Shown: one piece after another, positions 9,151 to 18,470 of the stretch
Position numbering within the stretch: the stretch's first letter is position 1
Layout: the number at the start of each line of letters is the position of its first letter
NCBI GenBank assembly: GCA_007618135.1
Contig: PHFX01000170.1
Coordinates: forward strand, 516 to 32,515
Origin: Candidatus Brocadia sp. WS118
GTDB taxonomy: Bacteria; Planctomycetota; Brocadiia; Brocadiales; Brocadiaceae
Length of the DNA: 32,000 nt
Reading direction: 5' to 3'
Position numbers and translations under genes: made by a program
The notes under the pieces: generated by a model
Seen by the model: only the letters and a program-made list of their open reading frames with translations
The model's database searches: none
What the model was told of the DNA's origin: nothing

Positions 9151-10500
9151 ATGAAGTCAAAAAAGGTTGCGTTAATCAATCTGGGATGTCCCAAAAATCT
9201 GGTGGATGCAGAAGAGATCCTTGGCAGGGTGGCGGAGACCGGAAGCACGATTTGTCAGTATCCTGAGGATGCCGAGGTGTTGATCGTAAACACCTGCGGT
9301 TTTGTTGATGATTCGAAGAAAGAGTCCATTGATGCAATTTTCAAGATGGCAAAACTGAAAGAAGATGCCCGATGCAAAAAACTCATTGTCACGGGCTGCC
9401 TCGCCCAGCGGTATCCGGATGCATTGCAGAAAGAAATTCCCGAAATCGATCATGTGGTTGGTCTAAAAGATTTTGATACGCTGACTGATTTGTCCGGCTC
9501 TGCTGATAAAAAGAAAAAGGCGTTATCAGCGCAGTGCAGTGACGATTGGCGCAATCGCATCCGGTTGACTCCTAAACATTACGCATATCTCAGGATTTCT
9601 GATGGGTGCGATAACCGTTGTAGTTATTGCGCCATTCCTGGCATACGGGGAAGGTTTCACAGCCGGACCATGGAGAATATTCTTGAAGAGGCGCGTCAGA
9701 TGGCCGGCGAGGGGGTAAAGGAGATCAATGTTATTTCGCAGGACACCACCTCATACGGTGTAGACTTGTATGGCAAACAGCAGTTGCATATCTTACTGGA
9801 AAAACTTTCCGGGCTCAAAGGCATTGAATGGATACGGATACTCTATGCCCATCCACGGCATTTTTATCCGGAGCTTATTCATGTTGTCAGTCAGTCTGAT
9901 ACAATCTGTAAATATATTGATCTCCCTATTCAACATATCCATGACACGATTCTTAAAGAAATGGGACGGGGAGTGACGCGTGCGCGTATCGAGAGACTGA
10001 TCGATGATCTGCGGAGTCACATACCAAAACTATTTTTGAGAACCTCTGTGATTGTGGGATTTCCTGGTGAAACAGAAGAACATTTTACCGAGCTTTTGGA
10101 ATTTGTGAAAAGCGCTAAATTTGAAAGGTTGGGCGCATTTCCTTATTCCAGAGAAGAGGGCACGCCTGCTGCATCCTTCAGGAAACAGATATCCAAAGAG
10201 GTAAAGGAACAGCGGTTAAAAGAGATCATGCTCGCACAACAAAAAATTGTCTTGGAAAAGCATAAAGATCTGGTGGGAAACACAATCTCCGTTATGGTAG
10301 ATGAGAAGGGCAAAAAGAATGGAGCGTGGCTTGGACGAACTTACGGCGATGCGCCTGATGTGGATAGTAAGGTACTTATCCGGGAAAATCATTTGAAACC
10401 AGGTGATATTAAAAATATGATGATTACAGGTACTGCAGGATATGATCTGATGGGAACGGTAATTCACCGCAAAGGTGCAAAGGGAGCGAAAGAGGATTAA
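9151..10500 (+). CDS. rimO: Ribosomal protein S12 methylthiotransferase RimO (radical SAM)
   Basis: INLGCPKNLVDAEEI, IVNTCGFVDDSKKESIDAI, and radical SAM motif CDNRCSYCAIPGIRG with the following PGETEEHF; C-terminal TRAM-like region. Confidence 0.94.
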   Translation: MKSKKVALINLGCPKNLVDAEEILGRVAETGSTICQYPEDAEVLIVNTCGFVDDSKKESIDAIFKMAKLKEDARCKKLIVTGCLAQRYPDALQKEIPEIDHVVGLKDFDTLTDLSGSADKKKKALSAQCSDDWRNRIRLTPKHYAYLRISDGCDNRCSYCAIPGIRGRFHSRTMENILEEARQMAGEGVKEINVISQDTTSYGVDLYGKQQLHILLEKLSGLKGIEWIRILYAHPRHFYPELIHVVSQSDTICKYIDLPIQHIHDTILKEMGRGVTRARIERLIDDLRSHIPKLFLRTSVIVGFPGETEEHFTELLEFVKSAKFERLGAFPYSREEGTPAASFRKQISKEVKEQRLKEIMLAQQKIVLEKHKDLVGNTISVMVDEKGKKNGAWLGRTYGDAPDVDSKVLIRENHLKPGDIKNMMITGTAGYDLMGTVIHRKGAKGAKED

Positions 10501-11076
10501 ATGAGTTCGTTTGATTTCGCAAGATGTACGGCATTTAATTTACCCAATCGGTTAACCTTATTAAGGCTCTTGCTGTCCATTATATTTTTTATCTTCTTGT
10601 CGTACCGTTATTACAATGTTGCCCTTGGCTCATTTTTATTTGCCTGGTTAACTGACTGGCTGGATGGTTATTTGGCGAGAAAAAAGGGACTTCTTACTGA
10701 TTTTGGACGTATCGCAGACCCATTTGTCGATAAGATCATTGTCTGCGGCGGGTTTATCTTACTCATACAGCATGCCCATGATATCATACCACCGTGGATG
10801 GTAGTAGTAATTGTGGCGAGAGAATTTCTGGTTAACAGCCTCAGAAGTTTTTCAGAATCAAGAGGAATTGAATTTGGCGCAACCATATGGGGAAAGGCAA
10901 AGATGTTTGTCCAGTCGCTTACCATTAGCCTCATCTTGCTCTTTTTCTCGCATCTCAAAGACTTTGCCATCATCAAACAGGGGATTGTTTTTATGCTATG
11001 GCTTACCGTTATTATTACATTAGTTTCCGGGATTAAATACATGGTAAAAGCAGGTCCCGCAATCCTGGCAAAGTAG
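10501..11076 (+). CDS. pgsA: CDP-alcohol phosphatidyltransferase, likely CDP-diacylglycerol-glycerol-3-phosphate 3-phosphatidyltransferase
   Basis: FNLPNRLTLLRLLLS start and CDP-alcohol transferase motif DWLDGYLARKKGLLTDFGRIADPFVDK. Confidence 0.9.
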   Translation: MSSFDFARCTAFNLPNRLTLLRLLLSIIFFIFLSYRYYNVALGSFLFAWLTDWLDGYLARKKGLLTDFGRIADPFVDKIIVCGGFILLIQHAHDIIPPWMVVVIVAREFLVNSLRSFSESRGIEFGATIWGKAKMFVQSLTISLILLFFSHLKDFAIIKQGIVFMLWLTVIITLVSGIKYMVKAGPAILAK

Positions 11077-11090
11077 CCGTTTGAATTTTG

Positions 11091-11137
11091 TTTATGCTGT
11101 TTTTGGGTGGCATGGACAAACTTGTATATCCATGTTT
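11091..11137. repeat. Short interspersed repeat, copy 1 (core TTTTGGGTGGCATGGACAAAC...TCCATG)
   Basis: Shares GTTTTTTGGGTGGCA-type core and a following short stem-loop with copies at about 18139, 27636 and 29270. Confidence 0.6.
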
Positions 11138-11195
11138 AACATGATTTGCTGATAAGCAATAGTGAAATGCGTTGTGAAGAAATAAGGGGTGCTCC

Positions 11196-11783
11196 CTATT
11201 CCCCTTCAAAATCCTCCCTAAACACTTCTCCCAAATCCAGGGTAAAATCCTTTAAAACTGCTGATTTAATCACCCTATTCCCGCCTTCATCCATATATCC
11301 CTCTGAAAAGAGTATGTATATGCCTTGCTCATTCAATGATAATACCTCTATACGCCTCGTATAGGGATTAACGATCCAGTACTCTTTTACCCGAAACCGT
11401 GCGTATAAATCTTTCTTCTCATAGACGTCCCGGTATTGAGTAGACGGGGAAACGATTTCCACGACGAGATCAGGCGGCCCAAAAACCCCATTTTTCCTGA
11501 TAACATCTTTATTTTCCCTTGAGATAAATAAAATATCAGGCTGTACAACGTTTTCTTCATCCAATATAACATCTGTTGGGGCGTCTACAACGTAACCCAG
11601 ACCATGCTTTTCAACAAACAAGTAAAATTTAACCGCTAGCGTCATGGCAATTCTTTGGTGGTTAAATTCGGGTGCAGGTACCATCATCGATAGTCTACCT
11701 CCTACAATTTCATACCTCTTGCCATCTGTCAAATGCAGATAGTTTTCATACGTCCATCTTTTTTCTTCTGTGATCTGTGTCAT
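11196..11783 (-). CDS. Uma2 family (DUF820) putative restriction-endonuclease-fold protein
   Basis: YLHLTDGKRYEIVGGRL, VVQPDILFISREN, PPDLVVEIVSPSTQYRDVYEKKDLYARFRVKEYWIVNPYTRRIEVL: typical DUF820/Uma2 motifs. Confidence 0.88.
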   Translation of the reverse strand: MTQITEEKRWTYENYLHLTDGKRYEIVGGRLSMMVPAPEFNHQRIAMTLAVKFYLFVEKHGLGYVVDAPTDVILDEENVVQPDILFISRENKDVIRKNGVFGPPDLVVEIVSPSTQYRDVYEKKDLYARFRVKEYWIVNPYTRRIEVLSLNEQGIYILFSEGYMDEGGNRVIKSAVLKDFTLDLGEVFREDFEGE

Positions 11784-11938
11784 CTGCGATTCCTCATGAC
11801 GTGTAAATTCATCAGATTTCTACCAACTGCAGGCGGAAAGGGCGCAACGTTTTGAATCAAAAACCAGACAATTATCAAAGCATCTATACAAAGGCTTTTA
11901 AGTTTTTCATTCCTGCATTGATTTTGATGATATACGTT

Positions 11939-13729
11939 CTAAGCCACCTTTACCCCAATGCCCGTCTTTATTGCAACATTTAGTTCTCTCAATAAGTCTT
12001 CGAGGTTGACGGGATTGATCTGTACTGCTTGTCCCAGGCTGATGGTTCGGGCGAGGGTATTCCTGAGGATGGGATTTTTCAGTTGTTTGAATCCGAATCC
12101 TATCAGGATATCCAGGGTTTGTGGATACTGCTTGATGAGTTGATAGACATTGGTATTGGCAGTTGCAAGTTTGATTTGTTCTGTGGGGTCTTCTTCCATG
12201 TCGAGTTGCAGTGTTTTCCATGTGTTGATACCAAAGAAAAACATGGCCGCATATTCAAGAAAACCGCTGATCCCCATCACTGAATACAGCTGTGGATAAA
12301 AATGCGCCGAAAGGGGTTGTGCCATCACCCTGCATACACATCCGATGTTGATGAAGACGAAGGTCATGTTGAGGAGCCTGGTACTGCACAATTTCACACC
12401 CTTGCTTAACGGGATCATCTTGGATGCGCAGCCAAGGATCATCATGCTAATGAACCCAACAAAAATAGCGTGCCGGTATGCGCCAAACAAGGCATGGGAA
12501 ACCTGTTCGCCCGAAAGGGTTTCGTAAACCGTAAAAGTTAAGAGTGCACCTTCTGAAATAAACAGCCAAACGAGAGCCGCTCTGATGTATTTTCTAAACC
12601 CCGTAGGCAAGTTGGTTGTGCTTTTAACCGTTTTTCTTCTGTTAAATAAATTCAGATTGTAAATAAATAAAAATACGCCAAAGGTCTCAAGGATACCTGC
12701 AGTGCAAAATATTACGGTAAAAACCCCGTGAAGGTTACTGGTATATTCTCTATAAAACCCTGAAACCGTTCGTAATGCAATTGAGATATTTAAAATATAC
12801 AAAACGTAGCTGCTGACTTTTTGGTTGGGCTCCTGTATCCCCAGAAAAATTGGCAGGGTCTTGGTGAATATTCCTATGATAACCATGCAGGCAAATCCCA
12901 TAATCTGGATATGCCGGATGGGGTTTTTAAAGGCATCAGGAATATTGGTATTCAACACAATAGTAAAATGAAAGTATAAGGCAATGAAGGCGATAGTCTG
13001 GAAGATAAACCAGAGATAGCTGGACAGGAAAAACCATTCGTATGGTTCATATTTTTGTTTTTCCGCAGAGAAAAACGTCCTGCAAATAACATAGATGAAA
13101 AGCGCTATTGATGCAGCCTGAAGTATACATCCGAACAAGACAGGGATCTTGAAAAAGAAGAATCCCGAATAATAGGAAAGCGTTTTAAAGACAAAAGAGA
13201 GGAACATGCCGGTGACCATCAGGAAGAAAGATTTGTAAGCCAACGGTGTGCTGTACAGCATGGTATTCCAAAATTTGGGCAAGGCAAAGTAGGATATTCC
13301 CATGATGAACAAACCAACCCATCCGTACACCTGGGTGTCGCCATGGGTTTCGATCAGTATCCAGGAGACAGAAGTCATGGAATTCCGGAATGCCATGTAG
13401 GCCAATAATGATGCCCCGTAAAGACATCCTGTGGAAAGCACAATGAGGATAGCAGTCTTTACAAAGATCTCATAAACATGTTCGCTTTGCGGTCTTGTGA
13501 TAGTCACGTCGCTGTTTGAATCGACTGCTCCATCGATAAGTTTTTGAAGGTCGTCAATCAGTTTGATGGGGCTAATATTGTGCATCTTGGCGAAAAATGA
13601 CAGAGGCTTGTCGGGGAGGATATTGCCGCCGCACATAATGCCATAGGTCTCAAAGATGCGGCGGGTTACCGGAAAGTTTTCGATAATTTCTTTGACCGTA
13701 TTTTCTTGCCCTATCCTCTCCATAGTCAT
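11939..13729 (-). CDS. Polytopic membrane protein with NnrS-like / heme-copper-oxidase-like character and DUF1858-like modules at both termini
   Basis: N-term VKEIIENFPVTRRIFETYGIMCGG...PLSFFAKMHNISPIKLIDDLQ and C-term VYQLIKQYPQTLDILIGFGFKQLKNPILRNTLARTISLGQAVQINPVNLEDLLRELN both look DUF1858-like. The central region has about 12 hydrophobic segments with ETHGDTQVYGW, IRHIQIMGFACMVIIG, and YRHAIFVGFISMMILG. Confidence 0.7.
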   Translation of the reverse strand: MTMERIGQENTVKEIIENFPVTRRIFETYGIMCGGNILPDKPLSFFAKMHNISPIKLIDDLQKLIDGAVDSNSDVTITRPQSEHVYEIFVKTAILIVLSTGCLYGASLLAYMAFRNSMTSVSWILIETHGDTQVYGWVGLFIMGISYFALPKFWNTMLYSTPLAYKSFFLMVTGMFLSFVFKTLSYYSGFFFFKIPVLFGCILQAASIALFIYVICRTFFSAEKQKYEPYEWFFLSSYLWFIFQTIAFIALYFHFTIVLNTNIPDAFKNPIRHIQIMGFACMVIIGIFTKTLPIFLGIQEPNQKVSSYVLYILNISIALRTVSGFYREYTSNLHGVFTVIFCTAGILETFGVFLFIYNLNLFNRRKTVKSTTNLPTGFRKYIRAALVWLFISEGALLTFTVYETLSGEQVSHALFGAYRHAIFVGFISMMILGCASKMIPLSKGVKLCSTRLLNMTFVFINIGCVCRVMAQPLSAHFYPQLYSVMGISGFLEYAAMFFFGINTWKTLQLDMEEDPTEQIKLATANTNVYQLIKQYPQTLDILIGFGFKQLKNPILRNTLARTISLGQAVQINPVNLEDLLRELNVAIKTGIGVKVA

Positions 13730-13942
13730 GGTTCCTTACGTCTCTTGCACAAGTTGTAAAACACTTTTGCAAAAAACTATCACACAAAACATCTTGTATT
13801 TTAATAGGTATGTCGTAATAATATGAAACAATTGTTAGTTAGTAGTCAGTAATATATCAGACATGTAAAGGGGTGTCAATGACATTCTCGAATCAGGTAT
13901 TTGCTGATTAGTTCTTGAAAGGCGTTCTGGTTTTGAGCCTGT

Positions 13943-14095
13943 ATTACGTTCTCGTTAAGTCTAACGGGAACGTTCGTTCTTTCTGCTACCATGCTCATCG
14001 GCAGGGTAGGTCCGCTGGTAATCGGATATTCCGTCAGGGGTAGATGCAAGATTGTCCCGATTAAATACCCGGAAGGCGTTATGTTGGTTGGATAA
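13943..14095 (+). pseudogene. Remnant of a KtrB/TrkH-type potassium transporter C-terminus
   Basis: Frame at 13961-14095 reads LTGTFVLSATMLIGRVGPLVIGYSVRGRCKIVPIKYPEGVMLVG*, matching the typical KtrB/TrkH terminus (MFIGRVGPL...KYPEEKVMIG*). Immediately upstream the frame is broken (TTTGAGCCTGTATTACG...). Confidence 0.6.
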
Positions 14096-14219
14096 TGAGT
14101 GTTTGTGCCTTTTTGTTTTGCTTAGTTCCGGCTATTTTGTTATGTTTAATTTTGATGTTGTTTTGAGGTTCTGATTTCATGCAGCTGATGTAATAATTTA
14201 TCATGAACAAACACTGTAA

Positions 14220-14339
14220 AAAAACGAAATTTTTGTGAAGGTATTACCTACGTCTGACTATAAGATTCAGGAAGGAAACGTTCTCGTGGTTGTTGGCAAC
14301 AGTAAGGACATTGAATTCTTTGAAAAAAATATGAAATAA
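14220..14339 (+). pseudogene. Remnant of a KtrA/TrkA-type RCK_C (TrkA_C) domain
   Basis: Frame reads KNEIFVKVLPTSDYKIQEGNVLVVVGNSKDIEFFEKNMK*, the last strands of a TrkA_C domain. An in-frame stop lies immediately upstream. Confidence 0.6.
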
Positions 14340-14340
14340 T

Positions 14341-15132
14341 ATGCGAAGTATCGCGCTGACAAATCAAAAAGGGGGAGTAGCAAAGACAACAACCACCGTG
14401 AATCTTGGCGCCTGCCTTGCCCAGATGGGTAAAAAGGTGCTTTTAGTTGATCTGGATCCTCAGGGAAATCTTAGTTCGTGGCTCGGTCTGGACATTCACA
14501 ATCTCGAACTGTCCATGTACAATGTGTTTTTGGAAGAGGTCTATTTTGAGGAAATTCTTACGAATACTTGCGTTGAGAACCTGACCCTGGCGCCTTCCAA
14601 TGTGGCATTGGCAGGTGTTGAACGGATTCTTGCTCATGAAAAGGGGAGAGACCTCATTTTACGCAAACGGTTGTCGCCCGTTACGGGTAAGTACGATTAT
14701 ATTATGCTGGATTGCCCCCCTTCTCTCGGCCTGATTACAATTAATGCATTAACCTTTGTTAAAGAGGTTTTTATCCCTTTGGAGACAAAGGTATTGGCGT
14801 TAAATGGTCTCGTAACCCTTATGAATACGGTACAAGTGGTAAAAGAACGGTTAAATCATCATCTGGAGGTGACAGGAATCATTGCCTGCCGGTTTGACGG
14901 CCGGACAAATCTCAGTAACGAGGTGTATAACCAGATTAAAGAGCGATTTAAGGAGAAGGTGTTTGATTCCATCATCAGAGAAAATACCCGCCTGGCAGAA
15001 TGTCCTATTTCCGGCAAGCCGATTACCCTGTACGCACCCGACAGCCCCGGTGCAGTCGATTACACGAATTTAGCGAAAGAGGTGTTGGAAAGGGAAAAAA
15101 ATAGAGTTTCACTGCATCATACCCCTGCTTGA
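14341..15132 (+). CDS. parA: ParA/Soj family ATPase
   Basis: RSIALTNQKGGVAKTTTTVNLGACLAQMGKKVLLVDLDPQGN deviant Walker A, YDYIMLDCPPSLGLITINAL, and Soj-like C-terminal region. No parB is visible in the window. Confidence 0.92.
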   Translation: MRSIALTNQKGGVAKTTTTVNLGACLAQMGKKVLLVDLDPQGNLSSWLGLDIHNLELSMYNVFLEEVYFEEILTNTCVENLTLAPSNVALAGVERILAHEKGRDLILRKRLSPVTGKYDYIMLDCPPSLGLITINALTFVKEVFIPLETKVLALNGLVTLMNTVQVVKERLNHHLEVTGIIACRFDGRTNLSNEVYNQIKERFKEKVFDSIIRENTRLAECPISGKPITLYAPDSPGAVDYTNLAKEVLEREKNRVSLHHTPA

Positions 15133-15161
15133 TAGATCATGATTACGGAAGGATTCATAAA

Positions 15162-18071
15162 ATGTATTCATGGATGAATCTTCGAACAGCAATTCAAAAG
15201 AGTATCTTGCCATTTCTTACCCTTGTTCTTCTGGTAACATTCTGTTCCCTGGCTGGTGTTGAAGGCTCAGGTTCCCCTGGACATCCGGTGAAATCCACCA
15301 ACCTTGAGGATTCGCAGGTGGATGCTTTGCTGGTTATTGACGTGTCGCGTGACAGAATGCCGATCAGTAAGTATCTTTACGGCGTAAATATAGCAAACTG
15401 GTGTCCCTGGTATTACCTGAACCTGTGTGCACCCAAACTGAGAGATGCAGAGGTTTCTGTTGTGCGTTTGGGCGCAACGAACATGGAACGTTACAATTAC
15501 AAAAATAACCGCGTCTTTAATGTTATTGCACGTGAAAATCAGTATGTACCGATGAGCTGGGGGAGTTTTGTCAAGTGGTGCAGAAAGGCTGTAAAGGCGG
15601 AACCCTTCTTACAGGTACCGGTTTACGGCCATGTGGCTGGCGCGGGAGATACCATTGACGATCCTGATTACGATCACATGCAGTCAATAGATGAAGTTGA
15701 ACGCTGGGTTTCAGAAGCCGGAAGACGTGTGAAGTTCTGGGGGATAGGAAACGAACCGTGGATAGCGTGGAAACGTGAGGATTATCCTGAACCCTATGGC
15801 GACTCTGCTCACGGAGATCAGGTACTCAACAAAGATACCTCCTATGACACCTATTTTGGCCGTTTTCTATTGCTGGCACAAGGAGTAAAACGGGCAAACC
15901 CGAAGGCGCTTGTGCTTGGTCCTACATCAGCAAACTGGTGGTTGTATTGGACAAATGACTATTCTCCGCTTTGTCCTGTTACCACGGCCAACGGAGACGC
16001 CCTTGAAAATGATTCAAAATGGAAGATCATGTCTGACATTGAGAACCAGTGGAATACAGACGTATTTCCTGACCGTGGTGCTGACCCGGAAGTAACAGGC
16101 TGGGAAACCGACAATGCCCGTGTCTTATCTCAGTATCTTATCCGGGGACAGAAGTACGAAGAAACGAATGGTACACGGGTGGCCGATTTTATGGATGTGC
16201 ATCGGTATATCAGAACTCTGACCGACAGGGATGCCGTTCAGGAACCGAGAGGTCTGTGGCAGGATGATTTCAAAAGCAGGGATCTTGAGGTTAGCTGGGA
16301 TCTTGAAACGGGTTCTTCTCAAGGGATAGAAACCAAGTTGCTGAAACGATTCCAGGATATGGTCGATGTCTATTATCCGGGTACTGAGCTGTCATTTTCT
16401 GAGTACGACTATTTTTATTGGAACGGCTATCCTTCACTGCCTCAAATTGCGGCCGTAGGGCAGATGGATTTCCTGGGTTTTTTTGCAAAGATGGGTGTGA
16501 AAGTGGCATGCAACTGGTATGTGGGGGAACCGAATCAATCAGGTAACAGCGGCAGGAAGGGAGTTGACAGCGCAAGTCAGGCCATGTTTAATGAAAGAGG
16601 CGAGCCAAACCCAAAGTACTGGGCATTCTGGCTTATGAGTCATTATTTCAGGGGCAAGGTTGTTCATGCTGAATCAAGCGACTGGGACACATTCTCGGTT
16701 CACGCCTGCAAACACGCGGGAGACGTCGTTGTTTTTGTGGCAAACAAGGGAGACTATGATCATGACTCAGGCAGTTTCATTTCTGGCCAGACAGCCAAGG
16801 TTGCGGAGATACAGATACGTGGATTCAGTGATAGTACCACTCGAAATCTGCGAATCAGGAAGATCCTGCGCTTCGGCATGAATGATCCATACGTTGTGCA
16901 TATGGAGACAAGCGGGATGAATGTTGTTCATGGCGCGTTTACCTACGAATTTCAACCGCTAGCGATTTACGCTTTTATTTTTTCGGAAAAAGGGTTTCCG
17001 GAGCAACCGGAAGGGTACCTGATGGTAAATCCAAAACGGATTGATTTTGGTCCTTATGAGACCGGTGTGATTGAAGTAGATGGGGAAAAGAAATACACCG
17101 TTCCCATTAGCATTACCAATGCAAGGCAAGGAACGACCACTTGGTCTGTTAGCAAGGATGCCGACTGGCTGAACGTCGTTGGAAACGTCAGCGGGGAAAC
17201 AAAGGTTACCGATAGCGTGTACGTAACCGTAGATCGTGACGGCTTACCCGATGGTAAGCATGAAGCGCTCGTGACAGTAATCACGTCCGAAGGCACGGTG
17301 GAACTGCCTGTAACGGTAGAGGTAGCGCCGGGAGAAGCGGATGGAGTGAAGAGGATTTGTGACTTTGAAACAGGGTCGCTTGCCCATGCATGGAATGAGA
17401 TCGAACCTTATTCCGTAGGGTGGTGGGACGGTCACGGCACGCCAGAAGACAAGGATAGTCCGTATATCTACCGTTTTTTCTTAGATCAAAAGGCGAAACC
17501 ATACCTGGGTGGTTTGGCATCTATGAGGATAGAGTTTAACCGATCAAACGGTGACACAAAAAATGGGAGGTTTTCCATGCCATTTGGCACCTATGGTCAC
17601 AAGACGGTAATTTTAGGGGATGGCGGGCAAGGAGATGTTACGTATGATGCAACAGCAAACTGGAGCGGATATTCAAGCCTTCAATTTGACATCAAAACAG
17701 ACACAAAAAATAGTGAGATAACAAGGCTTTTGATGGTAATCACCGATGAACTGGGCAATAAAGGCAAACCTGCCGTTGGGAATATGGCCTATGAGGACTG
17801 GAAGGGGCAAAACCTGTTAAAAATTACTGATGGAAAATGGCAGACGGTTGAGATACCGCTTGATGGTGTCTTTTATGATTGGCGTTATCCCGAAGGGCAG
17901 AATGGATCGAAAACGCAGCTTGATTTCAGCTGTATCTCCCAGATTGAATTTGCTCCCTGGCCGGGGAATGCCGATGCGTCCGGTACGATTTACCTCGATA
18001 ACCTTTGTGTGGTCAAGACTGAAAGCGGTGGAAGTGAAAAGCAGGAGGCGCATCTTCCCGATCAGAAATAA
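15162..18071 (+). CDS. Secreted multidomain glycoside hydrolase-like protein (GH44-like catalytic domain, Ig/BACON-like domain, C-terminal jelly-roll/CBM-like domain)
   Basis: Signal-like N-terminus (MNLRTAIQKSILPFLTLVLLVTFCSLAG), RVKFWGIGNEPWIAWKRED and YPGTELSFSEYDYFYW with GQMDFLGFFAKMGVKVACNW resembling GH44 acid/base and nucleophile regions. Then WSVSKDADWLNVVGNVSGETKVTDSVYVTVDRDGLPDGKHEALVTVITSEG and a C-terminal ICDFETGSLAHAWNEIE...DNLCVV segment. ORF track start 15129 is a TTG; the ATG near 15162 is more plausible. Confidence 0.65.
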   Translation: MYSWMNLRTAIQKSILPFLTLVLLVTFCSLAGVEGSGSPGHPVKSTNLEDSQVDALLVIDVSRDRMPISKYLYGVNIANWCPWYYLNLCAPKLRDAEVSVVRLGATNMERYNYKNNRVFNVIARENQYVPMSWGSFVKWCRKAVKAEPFLQVPVYGHVAGAGDTIDDPDYDHMQSIDEVERWVSEAGRRVKFWGIGNEPWIAWKREDYPEPYGDSAHGDQVLNKDTSYDTYFGRFLLLAQGVKRANPKALVLGPTSANWWLYWTNDYSPLCPVTTANGDALENDSKWKIMSDIENQWNTDVFPDRGADPEVTGWETDNARVLSQYLIRGQKYEETNGTRVADFMDVHRYIRTLTDRDAVQEPRGLWQDDFKSRDLEVSWDLETGSSQGIETKLLKRFQDMVDVYYPGTELSFSEYDYFYWNGYPSLPQIAAVGQMDFLGFFAKMGVKVACNWYVGEPNQSGNSGRKGVDSASQAMFNERGEPNPKYWAFWLMSHYFRGKVVHAESSDWDTFSVHACKHAGDVVVFVANKGDYDHDSGSFISGQTAKVAEIQIRGFSDSTTRNLRIRKILRFGMNDPYVVHMETSGMNVVHGAFTYEFQPLAIYAFIFSEKGFPEQPEGYLMVNPKRIDFGPYETGVIEVDGEKKYTVPISITNARQGTTTWSVSKDADWLNVVGNVSGETKVTDSVYVTVDRDGLPDGKHEALVTVITSEGTVELPVTVEVAPGEADGVKRICDFETGSLAHAWNEIEPYSVGWWDGHGTPEDKDSPYIYRFFLDQKAKPYLGGLASMRIEFNRSNGDTKNGRFSMPFGTYGHKTVILGDGGQGDVTYDATANWSGYSSLQFDIKTDTKNSEITRLLMVITDELGNKGKPAVGNMAYEDWKGQNLLKITDGKWQTVEIPLDGVFYDWRYPEGQNGSKTQLDFSCISQIEFAPWPGNADASGTIYLDNLCVVKTESGGSEKQEAHLPDQK

Positions 18072-18138
18072 GGGTTTGTGTACGATTGCAAATGCAATAC
18101 TCAAGATGCTCATAAAAGATGAATTTTAAATTGGTAAC

Positions 18139-18172
18139 AGGGTGGCACGGACAACGGAGTTTGTCTGTGCTG
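18139..18172. repeat. Short interspersed repeat, copy 2 (GGGTGGCACGGACAACGGAGTTTGTCTGTGCTGG), hairpin-forming
   Basis: GCACGGACAA pairs with TTGTCTGTGC (one wobble); shares GGGTGGCACGGACAA with copy 4. Confidence 0.6.
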
Positions 18173-18470
18173 GATTTGCACGGCATTGTTTACCTGCCTT
18201 CCGTTTTTCAATAAATTACCTCTGAGATGCCGGTTGAATTCTATCTATGGTATCTATTTTGCTCAACTGACTTGATTGTCAATCTCTAAAGACACACATT
18301 GTATCAAAGTTTTGCTCCTCCTGTTATACTTTTATCTAATATCTTGGTACAATACTATTTGTGCAACGGATGCTATACGCTTTGTATGGGTATTTATGTG
18401 TCTTTTGAGAATCTGAAAAAGAGACGGGGATGAGTGGTATTGTTTCATAAAAAGGGTATTCATGAAATAA

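Noticed and set aside
11196-11783. Uma2/DUF820 gene as a possible defence system
   Set aside because: No methyltransferase, specificity subunit or other defence gene is adjacent. The family is widespread and poorly characterised, so a defence claim is not supported.
11907-12283. Plus-strand ORFs of 104, 61 and 84 aa opposite the NnrS-like gene
   Set aside because: Antisense shadows of a coding sequence with convincing membrane and DUF1858-like motifs. No independent support.
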